From contig JAQTXL010000002.1 of assembly GCA_028688835.1 (NCBI GenBank), forward strand, positions 2,710-54,605: DNA of 51,896 nucleotides, read 5' to 3'. This DNA is from Candidatus Nanopelagicales bacterium. GTDB lineage: Bacteria; Actinomycetota; Actinomycetes; S36-B12. The notes under the pieces are model-generated. The model did not search any database and was not told where the DNA came from. It saw only the letters and a program-made list of their open reading frames with translations. Shown piece by piece: positions 29,437 to 36,872 of this stretch; the first letter of the stretch is position 1; the number at the start of each line of letters is the position of its first letter. Position numbers and translations under genes: made by a program.

Positions 29437-30303
29437 ATGCCCGCCTCACTGCAGATCAACAAGCTCGTGCACATCAACCAGGTCGTGCGCGACCTCCCCA
29501 GCGCGAATGCGTTCTACGAGGACGTGTTCGGCGCCGCGGTCTACTGGCAGGGATACGACGAGACCGAGCGCCGCGACGCCTCGCTGTTCCTCATCGGCGA
29601 CACCTGCATCGAGCTCTTCTGCCCCGCGGATGATCAGTCGCTGCTCGGCGCCGGCCTTGCGCGGTACGGCGAGAGCTTCCACTCCTTCGAGTGGCAGGTG
29701 CCCGACCTCGACGAGGCCCGCACGGTCATGGATGAGCGCGGCATCCGGCTGACCACCTTCGTGCCCGGCGGGTTCTTCATGACGCATCCCAAGGACACGC
29801 ACGGCATGCTCCTGGAGATCTGCCCGCTCGAGATGGGCGGCGACCTGCGGCTCGAACCCGACTGGTCGCCTGCCTTCTGGGCCGATGAGCACCCCATGGG
29901 CATCGAGCGGCTCAACTGCCTGAGCATCGCCGTGCGCGACCTCGACACTGCGCTGGACTTCGCCGTGGGCATCACCGGCGGCAGCGTCGCCTACCGCGAG
30001 GACCGGCCGCAGGTGCGGGCGCAGGCCGCTGGGGTGTGGGTCAGCGACCACATGATCGAGCTCATCAGCCCCACCGGCGACGACGGCGCGGTCGCCGAGT
30101 ACATCGCCGCCGTCGGGCCGCGCATGCGCTCGGTCGACTTCCGCGTGCGCAGCGTCGACGCGGCCCGCGCCCACCTCGAGTCGCGCGGCCTGCGCGTCAT
30201 CGACGGCGACCAGCCGGGCCAGATCGCGCTCGACCCGCGCGACAACCACGGCGTGCTGTGGCAGTTCGCCGAGCGCACGATGCCCGGCGACCCGCGCGGC
30301 TGA
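29437..30303 (+). CDS. two-domain VOC family protein (tandem paralogue)
   Basis: The 288-aa product aligns end to end with the preceding protein, for example RFGERWHSLEWTVPSLEEA against RYGESFHSFEWQVPDLDEA. Confidence 0.65.
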   Translation: MPASLQINKLVHINQVVRDLPSANAFYEDVFGAAVYWQGYDETERRDASLFLIGDTCIELFCPADDQSLLGAGLARYGESFHSFEWQVPDLDEARTVMDERGIRLTTFVPGGFFMTHPKDTHGMLLEICPLEMGGDLRLEPDWSPAFWADEHPMGIERLNCLSIAVRDLDTALDFAVGITGGSVAYREDRPQVRAQAAGVWVSDHMIELISPTGDDGAVAEYIAAVGPRMRSVDFRVRSVDAARAHLESRGLRVIDGDQPGQIALDPRDNHGVLWQFAERTMPGDPRG

Positions 30304-30430
30304 GCGCTCATCCACAGGCGGCCGCATCCGCCGCGATCCTTACCCAACCCTGACATTCACGGGTTTGAGTCCCGGCAACCCGAGGAATCCTCCTGAGTGA
30401 CGGCGCAAGCCGACAGGAGGAGGAACCACC

Positions 30431-31582
30431 ATGAACCGCATCGCACTGCTGGCCTCAGCAGCACTGGCATCCGCAGTCGTGTGCAGCACGACACCGGCCA
30501 TGGGCGCGACCATCGCCCAGGAGCCCGCACCGGCGGTGATCGCCGTCGACCAGACGCCGGCGATCACGCAGGTCCTGGCCAATCGCATCAACGCCATCAC
30601 CGTGTCCGGAACCGACAGCGGCATCGTCGCCGTGAGCGCCGCCGGGCACACCACGCGCACCGCTCGCGTGCGTGCCGGCCAGTCCGTCACGATCACCGAC
30701 CTCGATCCCGGCTACCGCTACACCGTCACCCTCGACGGCCGCCGGATCGGCTTCGCCACCCCAGTCGCCCAGGTCGGCGCCGCGACGGGGCTCAGGGTCG
30801 AGACCACCGACGTCGCCGGCCAGGCCCAGCTCACGTGGGGCCACGTCGTGAACAAGGGCGAGGGCGTGCCCGTGTCGTACACGGTCGCCGCGGTCACCTC
30901 GGCCAGCAGCACTCCCGTGACCAAGGCAGTCACCACTGATCTGCACGCGACGCTGAGCGGCCTGAACCTCAATGAGCGCTACACCTTCACGGTGACCCCG
31001 GCCAACTCAGCCAGCACCGGCCGCGTGTCCACCGCGACCATGCATCAGACCCTCGCGCAGATCGCTGGTGTCACTGGGCCGCAGTCGGCTCCCGTGCCGG
31101 TCGCAGCGCCGGCACCTGCGGCCCCTGCCGCCGCGCCCGCGCCCGCTCCCGCAGCTCCCGCCGCGCCGGCCACGCGCACGATCGAGGTGTGCCCGGCTGG
31201 CTACGCCGACGCCGGCGCGGTCTGCCAGAAGTCGCTGCCCTACACGTTCCATGCCGTGACGCTCACGAGCCCCTACACCTACCACCAGGCGTTCATCCAG
31301 ACCGGTTCGCATGTCGACTACTCGGCCAGCCCCAACGGCGGCACCTACTACGCGGCCGACCAGTGGAACCCCAATGACGGCAGCGCTGCCGGCTACTACG
31401 CGGTCATCCCCGACGGCTACACGACCAGCGTCAAGGACGCAGCGCCCAGCGGGTGGACCGACAGCGGCACGGCGTGGGTGCGCACCGACCAGGTGAAGGA
31501 CGCCGCTCCGGCGGGGTACACCGACAGCGGCACCGCGTGGGTCGCCACCGCAGCGAAGGTGACGCAGGCGGTCCCCGCGTAG
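30431..31582 (+). CDS. secreted protein: signal peptide, two Fn3-like domains, Ala/Pro linker, Cys-containing repeat domain
   Basis: A strong SD AGGAGGAGGA is present. Fn3-like signatures include LTWGHV, SYTV, LSGLNLNERYTFTVTPAN. A PA-rich linker follows, then a C-terminal xGY/WTDSGTAWV repeat. Confidence 0.65.
   Translation: MNRIALLASAALASAVVCSTTPAMGATIAQEPAPAVIAVDQTPAITQVLANRINAITVSGTDSGIVAVSAAGHTTRTARVRAGQSVTITDLDPGYRYTVTLDGRRIGFATPVAQVGAATGLRVETTDVAGQAQLTWGHVVNKGEGVPVSYTVAAVTSASSTPVTKAVTTDLHATLSGLNLNERYTFTVTPANSASTGRVSTATMHQTLAQIAGVTGPQSAPVPVAAPAPAAPAAAPAPAPAAPAAPATRTIEVCPAGYADAGAVCQKSLPYTFHAVTLTSPYTYHQAFIQTGSHVDYSASPNGGTYYAADQWNPNDGSAAGYYAVIPDGYTTSVKDAAPSGWTDSGTAWVRTDQVKDAAPAGYTDSGTAWVATAAKVTQAVPA
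31430..31555 (+). repeat. 63-nt tandem duplication inside the CDS (VKDAAPSGWTDSGTAWVRTDQ / VKDAAPAGYTDSGTAWVATAA)
   Basis: Two adjacent in-frame units of 21 codons are clearly similar at both the DNA and protein level. Confidence 0.8.
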
Positions 31583-31652
31583 CACGAGCACCGGCAGGTC
31601 CCACTCGCCCTTGGGCGGGTGGGGCCTCGCTGTGCTCGGCTAGCCTGCAGGG

Positions 31653-31940
31653 ATGCGCCCTGCCCTGCTGAGCCCCGACGAGGTCGTCGCCGCCCTGAGC
31701 GCCCTGCCCGCATGGCAGCAGTCAGGCGTCACGATCACGCGCACGTACACCGGTGACAGCTTCATGGCGGTCATCGCGTGGGTCGTCGCCATCGCCGACG
31801 CGGCCGAGCGCCTCGACCACCATCCCGACCTCGACATCCGCTGGACCTCGCTGCAGGTGACGCTCAGCACCCACGACCGTGGCGGTCTCACCAGCCTCGA
31901 CTTCACCCTCGCTGCGCAGATCGACGCGATCTGCCGCTAG
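31653..31940 (+). CDS. 4a-hydroxytetrahydrobiopterin (pterin-4-alpha-carbinolamine) dehydratase
   Basis: At 95 aa it carries the AERLDHHPDL motif and the typical length. Confidence 0.85.
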   Translation: MRPALLSPDEVVAALSALPAWQQSGVTITRTYTGDSFMAVIAWVVAIADAAERLDHHPDLDIRWTSLQVTLSTHDRGGLTSLDFTLAAQIDAICR

Positions 31941-31941
31941 G

Positions 31942-32400
31942 TCACTGCCCGGCAGCGGCTCGTTCGAGCGCGGCGATGTCGAAGCGCGTCATCGTGAGCA
32001 TCGCCTCCTGGACGCGCCCGCCCACGCCCGGGACGTCGCTGCTGAGGAGGCTGAAGAGCACATCGGGCACGATCTGCCAGGTGACGCCGAATCGATCAGT
32101 GACCCAGCCGCACTGCATCGGCTCCCCGCCCTCCGACAGGGCGCTCCACAGCCGGTCGATCTCCTCCTGCGAGGTGCAGGTGACCATCCACGATGTGGCC
32201 GGATTGAGCAGGTAGTGCGGCCCGCCGTTGATGGCGTGGAAGACCTGGTCGCCGATCGAGAACGACACCGAGAACACAGGGCCGTCCGCTGAGGCACGCT
32301 GCACATTGAGCACCTGGGCGTCCTCGAACAGCGACACATAGAAGTCCATGGCCTGCTCGGCCTGGGTGTCGAACCAGAGGAAGGGCACGATCTGCGTCAT
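31942..32400 (-). CDS. VOC family protein, PhnB/3-demethylubiquinone-9 methyltransferase-domain type
   Basis: The start was re-picked at MTQIVPFLWF (32400). GWVTDRFGVTWQI is typical of the family. Confidence 0.75.
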   Translation of the reverse strand: MTQIVPFLWFDTQAEQAMDFYVSLFEDAQVLNVQRASADGPVFSVSFSIGDQVFHAINGGPHYLLNPATSWMVTCTSQEEIDRLWSALSEGGEPMQCGWVTDRFGVTWQIVPDVLFSLLSSDVPGVGGRVQEAMLTMTRFDIAALERAAAGQ

Positions 32401-32491
32401 GTGCGCACGGTACTCGCCCACCCGCCGGCACAGCCCTCGCTAGTGTTGCCGACGATGTGCACGCCGCGGGGCACAGGACAGGAGTCGTCAC

Positions 32492-33208
32492 GTGAGGCTT
32501 GCAGCAAGGTCGTCGATCGCACTCCTGGCCGCCTCGATCGTCGCGGTCGGCGCGCTGGCTGGCTGCTCCGGCGCGAGCTCGTCACTGCAGGCCGACCCTG
32601 ACCCTGTGCCCTCGACCCTTGCCGGGGGCGACCCATCGACGTGGACACCTGTCGAGATCACGCCGGGGATGAACGGAGGGCTCATCCAGCTGCGCATCGG
32701 CCAGGCGGCCCGATTCACCGGACTGCCGGACGGCGGGCCGGTCACCATCGAGTCGTCCGACCTGCGGGCCGTGGTCGACGTCCAGCCGACCGATGCGGCA
32801 GGCGTGACCACGGCCGCCGGCATCACCGCCGTGGGAGCCGGTGCAGCGCATGTGATCGTGTGGTCCGGACCGCTCACGGACGCCGACACCGTGCCACTGG
32901 CCAACTACGTCGTGCAGACCTTCCCCGCCGATGCCTCGCAGGCCAGTCCCGGCGTTCCTGCTCCGGTGGGGCTCACGGACTCCAGCACGACGGTCGCACT
33001 CGCGCCCGGGCAGATCGCGATCTTCACTCAGGTGCCGGCGTCGCCGCAGGCCAAGGTCGAGAGCAGCAACGACATGGTGGTCATGATGCTGCCGCAGAAG
33101 CCCGGAGCAGCACCGGCGCTCATCGCCGTGGGCCCCGGTGATGCCAAGGCGGTCGTCACCAACGACAGCGGCACCAAGCAGGCCGCCGCCTCCCTCGCAG
33201 TCAGCTGA
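32492..33208 (+). CDS. hypothetical lipoprotein
   Basis: It has a signal peptide with lipobox LAGC and high GC3. I recognise no family. Confidence 0.55.
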   Translation: MRLAARSSIALLAASIVAVGALAGCSGASSSLQADPDPVPSTLAGGDPSTWTPVEITPGMNGGLIQLRIGQAARFTGLPDGGPVTIESSDLRAVVDVQPTDAAGVTTAAGITAVGAGAAHVIVWSGPLTDADTVPLANYVVQTFPADASQASPGVPAPVGLTDSSTTVALAPGQIAIFTQVPASPQAKVESSNDMVVMMLPQKPGAAPALIAVGPGDAKAVVTNDSGTKQAAASLAVS

Positions 33209-33222
33209 GTCGCGAAGGCGTC

Positions 33223-34020
33223 TCAGCCCCTCGGGACCCGCGGACGGAAGAGCGACTCCTGGACCAGCTTGGCGACCAGCGCACCACGGGCGTCGTACAT
33301 ATCGCCGGAGTACAGGCCCCGGCCACCGTGCAGCGACTCGCCGTGCAGCTCCATGAACAGCCAGTCATCGGCCCGGGCATCGCGCATGAACCACAGTGCA
33401 TGATCCAGGCTGCTGAGGGCGACATCGTCGCGTCGCGGCACCAGGCTGAACAGTCCGGTGAACATGTCCGAGATGTAGGCGACGACGCACGCGTGCAGCA
33501 GCGGGTCGTCGCCGAGATCGACGGAGGCCTTCGCCCAGACGCGGCGGATCATGTGATCCCTCGCCCCGTCCTCCGGATCGCGATAGACGATGTCGAGCGT
33601 GCGTCCCTCGAAGTCTCGGCACGCCGGGTCGTCAGGCGCGGGCACCGCGGGCAGGGCCACGGACTGCACATCGGGACCTTCCTCGACGACATGGAAGGAG
33701 GCGCTCATCGTCAGGATCTCGCGACCGTCCTGCATCGCGCTCACGGTGCGGGCGGAGTAGGCGCGGCCATCACGATCACGATGCACGTGGTAGTCCACCG
33801 CCTTCAACGGATCGCCTGCGCGCAGGAAGTAGCAGTGCAGTGAATGCGGAACGCGCCCATCGGGGACGGTGCGCCCGGCAGCGAGCAGCGCCTGCGCGGC
33901 CACCTGGCCGCCGTAGAGATTCATCGGATCGTCGAAGACCGTGCTTGCCCGATGGACGTCAGGCGCGATCTCCTCGAGCGTCAGCAGGTCGAGCAGGCGG
34001 GGCAGGGGGGTGCTGATGAT
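33223..34020 (-). CDS. tesB: acyl-CoA thioesterase II
   Basis: LYGGQVAAQAL, HSLHCYFLR and the double hot-dog length fit TesB. The conserved N-terminus (LLDLLTLEEIAPDVHRAS) lies upstream of the first ATG (33924) in a frame with no ATG, GTG or TTG, so the 5' boundary is uncertain. Confidence 0.7.
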   Translation of the reverse strand: MISTPLPRLLDLLTLEEIAPDVHRASTVFDDPMNLYGGQVAAQALLAAGRTVPDGRVPHSLHCYFLRAGDPLKAVDYHVHRDRDGRAYSARTVSAMQDGREILTMSASFHVVEEGPDVQSVALPAVPAPDDPACRDFEGRTLDIVYRDPEDGARDHMIRRVWAKASVDLGDDPLLHACVVAYISDMFTGLFSLVPRRDDVALSSLDHALWFMRDARADDWLFMELHGESLHGGRGLYSGDMYDARGALVAKLVQESLFRPRVPRG

Positions 34021-34113
34021 GTCCTCCGTTGCGTGTTCGGCGCCGCGATCGGCTGCCGACTCCGGCGAAGGCTACCAACGTCGTGCGCAGCAGCCCGGAT
34101 GCTCCAGTCGAGG

Positions 34114-34545
34114 TCAGCCGGCGTCGCCGCCGCGGACGCGATCCTGAGGCCGACGGCGGCGCAGCACCCAGAACGACGCGGCCAGGAGCACTGCCGGAAT
34201 CGCATTCCAGCGCTCAGCCGGCGTCGGCGAGATCGCATTGACGAGTGCGCTCAGGACATAGATCACCACGGCGCCGATGCTGATCACCGATGAGGTGCGC
34301 GACCACGCTCCGTCACGCACGAGCAGCAGCCAGGCGAACCAGACCTGGGCGAGCATGAGGACGAACATCAGCGCATACAGGACGCGGATGCCCGAGGGAA
34401 GCGTCGTGAACTGGCCGCCGGCGACATGCTCGAGGATCCATGGCGCATTGAGGGCGGCACCGCCGACCAGCACGAGGTTGCCGAGGGTCGCGACGACCAG
34501 GACGACGAAACTCGCGCGCCGCAGGCCTGTAGGTGTGGCTGGCAT
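34114..34545 (-). CDS. hypothetical 4-TM membrane protein
   Basis: GGGAGG lies 8 nt upstream of the ATG. The sequence has hydrophobic segments and high GC3. Confidence 0.55.
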   Translation of the reverse strand: MPATPTGLRRASFVVLVVATLGNLVLVGGAALNAPWILEHVAGGQFTTLPSGIRVLYALMFVLMLAQVWFAWLLLVRDGAWSRTSSVISIGAVVIYVLSALVNAISPTPAERWNAIPAVLLAASFWVLRRRRPQDRVRGGDAG

Positions 34546-34572
34546 GGGAGCAGCCTCCCATGCGCTCGAGTC

Positions 34573-35319
34573 TCAGCGCCTGCTCATCCGTTCAACCTGG
34601 GCCTGGATGCCCGCACGCACGGCATCGGAGGTCCAGGATGCCCGCACCTCCTCGGACAGGCCTGCGGGCACTGCCGCGATGGCCGCGAGCGCACCTGCCT
34701 GCAGCTGCCGCTTCATCTGCGCATAGGTGACCATTGGAGCCTGCGCCAGCGCCTGGGCTCGCGTGACTGCCGCATCCACCAGGGACTCGCGCGGGTGCAC
34801 CTCGTCGATCAGCCCGATCGCCAGCGCCTGATCGATGTCGACGGCCACGCCGTCGAGCAGATGTCGCTGGAGTCGCGCACCGAGCACGTGCCGGGAGATC
34901 TCGATCAGCACCGGCGGGATGGGCACCCCGACCTGGAGCTCGGGAAGGCCGATGACCCCGTGCGACATGAGGCGCAGGTCGGCCGCGATGGCCAGGATCG
35001 CGCCTCCGGCGATCGCCGGCCCGTCGACGGCAGCGACCACAGGACGATCGGACGTGAAGATCGCCAGCGAGACGCGCTCGAGCTCGACGAGCAGGGCCTC
35101 GGCGTAGCCGAGGTCAGCCGCAAGGAGCGCACGCAGGTCGAGGCCGGCCGAGAAGGCACGGCCATTGCCGGTGATCACGATGGCCGCAGCGCCATCGACC
35201 GTCGCGAGCACTGCGCCCAGCTCGCTCAGCAGCTCGACGTCGAGGGCGTTGACCTTGCCGTCATCGATGCGGATGAGCCCGACGCGGTCGCGCTGCTCGA
35301 GAGTCACCCGTGCTGGCAT
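34573..35319 (-). CDS. enoyl-CoA hydratase/isomerase family protein
   Basis: The start was re-picked at MPARVTLEQRD (35319). GRAFSAGLDL and AAVDGPAIAGGAILAIAAD are present. Confidence 0.85.
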   Translation of the reverse strand: MPARVTLEQRDRVGLIRIDDGKVNALDVELLSELGAVLATVDGAAAIVITGNGRAFSAGLDLRALLAADLGYAEALLVELERVSLAIFTSDRPVVAAVDGPAIAGGAILAIAADLRLMSHGVIGLPELQVGVPIPPVLIEISRHVLGARLQRHLLDGVAVDIDQALAIGLIDEVHPRESLVDAAVTRAQALAQAPMVTYAQMKRQLQAGALAAIAAVPAGLSEEVRASWTSDAVRAGIQAQVERMSRR

Positions 35320-35368
35320 GCTGCGCCTCCCACTGCTGTCACGCTGCTGATGTCGCGCAGGCCGCGCA

Positions 35369-36781
35369 TCAGACGAGCAGCGCCTTGAACTCGAAGAACT
35401 CCTCGAGCCCGTGCCTGCCGAGCTCACGGCCGATGCCCGACTTCTTGTAGCCGCCGAAGGGTGCGCTGGCATTGAAGGCGCCGCCGTTGATGGCCACCTG
35501 TCCCGTGCGGATCCGGCGTGCGAAGGCGATCGCCCGGTCGCGGTCAGCCGACCAGACCGCCCCTGACAGGCCGAAGGCGGAGTCATTGGCGACATCGAGC
35601 GCCTCCTGCTCGGAGTCGACGGGGATCACCACGAGCACCGGCCCGAAGATCTCCTCCTGGGCGATCGTCATGCCCGACGTGACATCGGTGAAGATCGTCG
35701 GCTGCACGAAGTAGCCCGCGCCGTCGGGGCGCTCGGGCCCGCCGGCCAGCACTCGCGCACCCTCCGCGATGCCGGACTCGATGTACCCGATCACGCGATC
35801 GCGCTGCGTCTCGGACGCGAGCGGGCCAAGGCGCGTGCCGTCGGCGAAGGGGTCGCCCGGAGTGAACTTGGCGACGGCCTTGGCAAGCAGCTCCTCGACC
35901 TCTGCCAGCTGCGACCGCTGCACGATCAGGCGCGTGAGCGCCGCGCACATCTGGCCATTGTTCGTGTAGCAGGAGCCCAGGGACACATTCACCGCACGGC
36001 CGAGATCAGCGTCGTCGAGGATCACGGTCGCAGACTTGCCGCCGAGCTCGAGGGACACCTTCTTCACATCGCGCATCGCCAGCTCGCCGATGCGTGTGCC
36101 TGCACGGGTGGAGCCCGTGAAGCTCACCATGTCGACGAGCGGATGCATGACAAGCGCCTCGCCCACGACGGGGCCAGTGCCGCACACGAGATTGGCGACA
36201 CCTGTGGGCAGGCCGACGCTGTCGATGATGTCGAACAGCGCCACCGCCGACAGCGACGACAGCTCGGCCGGCTTGACCACGATGGTGCAGCCCGAGGCGA
36301 TCGCCGGCGCGAGCTTGGCCACGATCTGGTGCAGGGGGAAGTTCCAGGGCGTGATCGCCGCGACGACGCCTACGGGCTCGCGCTCGACCATGAACTGCCC
36401 GCAGTCCTCGGTGAGCTCGAGCGCATCCATCGCGTCGGCAGTCGACCGGAGCACCTGCAGGGCAAGCCCCACCTGGATCGCACGCGAGATGGCGATGGTC
36501 GTGCCCACCTCATGGCTCGAGAGGGCCGCGAGCTCCTCGGTGCGCGACTCGACGCCGTCGGCGATGGCGCGAAGCGCTGCGGTGCGCACCGCGACCGGGG
36601 TTGCGCTCCAGCCTGGGAAGGCGGCAGCCGCTGCACGCACGGCAGCATCGACCTGCTGCTCGGCTGCAGCAGTGATCACGCCGACGACCGTGCCATCCGC
36701 TGACGAGCGGATGGTCAGCTCATCTGCACCGCCACCGTCGCTCCAGGCTCCATCGATGTACACGCCCTGACGAGTTCCCAT
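35369..36781 (-). CDS. NAD(P)-dependent aldehyde dehydrogenase
   Basis: The start was re-picked at MGTRQGVYIDG (36781). ELGGKSA and the catalytic NNGQMCAA are present. Confidence 0.92.
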   Translation of the reverse strand: MGTRQGVYIDGAWSDGGGADELTIRSSADGTVVGVITAAAEQQVDAAVRAAAAAFPGWSATPVAVRTAALRAIADGVESRTEELAALSSHEVGTTIAISRAIQVGLALQVLRSTADAMDALELTEDCGQFMVEREPVGVVAAITPWNFPLHQIVAKLAPAIASGCTIVVKPAELSSLSAVALFDIIDSVGLPTGVANLVCGTGPVVGEALVMHPLVDMVSFTGSTRAGTRIGELAMRDVKKVSLELGGKSATVILDDADLGRAVNVSLGSCYTNNGQMCAALTRLIVQRSQLAEVEELLAKAVAKFTPGDPFADGTRLGPLASETQRDRVIGYIESGIAEGARVLAGGPERPDGAGYFVQPTIFTDVTSGMTIAQEEIFGPVLVVIPVDSEQEALDVANDSAFGLSGAVWSADRDRAIAFARRIRTGQVAINGGAFNASAPFGGYKKSGIGRELGRHGLEEFFEFKALLV

Positions 36782-36872
36782 GCTTCGCACTCCTCGGTCC
36801 GCGCTCGGGACAGCCCTCGATGGCGGTGCACCGACGCTAGTCGCAGCGTCGGGCACAGGCCAGCGGAATGGA

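Noticed and set aside
30355-30385. A tRNA T-arm-like segment, CGGG-TTTGAGT-CCCG, that might mark a tRNA gene or an integration (att) remnant.
   Set aside because: No matching acceptor, D or anticodon arms are in the flanks. The T-loop deviates from TTCRANY. No integrase or direct repeat partner is seen.
31084-31180. A repetitive GC-rich stretch (GCGCCCGC / CCGGC motifs) that looks array-like.
   Set aside because: It is in frame within the secreted protein gene and encodes the Ala/Pro linker (APAPAAPAAAPAPAPAAPAAPA). It is not a CRISPR or a non-coding repeat.
31583-31652. A possible terminator hairpin (GAGCAC ... GTGCTC) after the secreted Fn3 gene.
   Set aside because: The stem is short and interrupted, there is no U-tract, and it overlaps the likely promoter/RBS region of the PCD gene. 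The support is insufficient.
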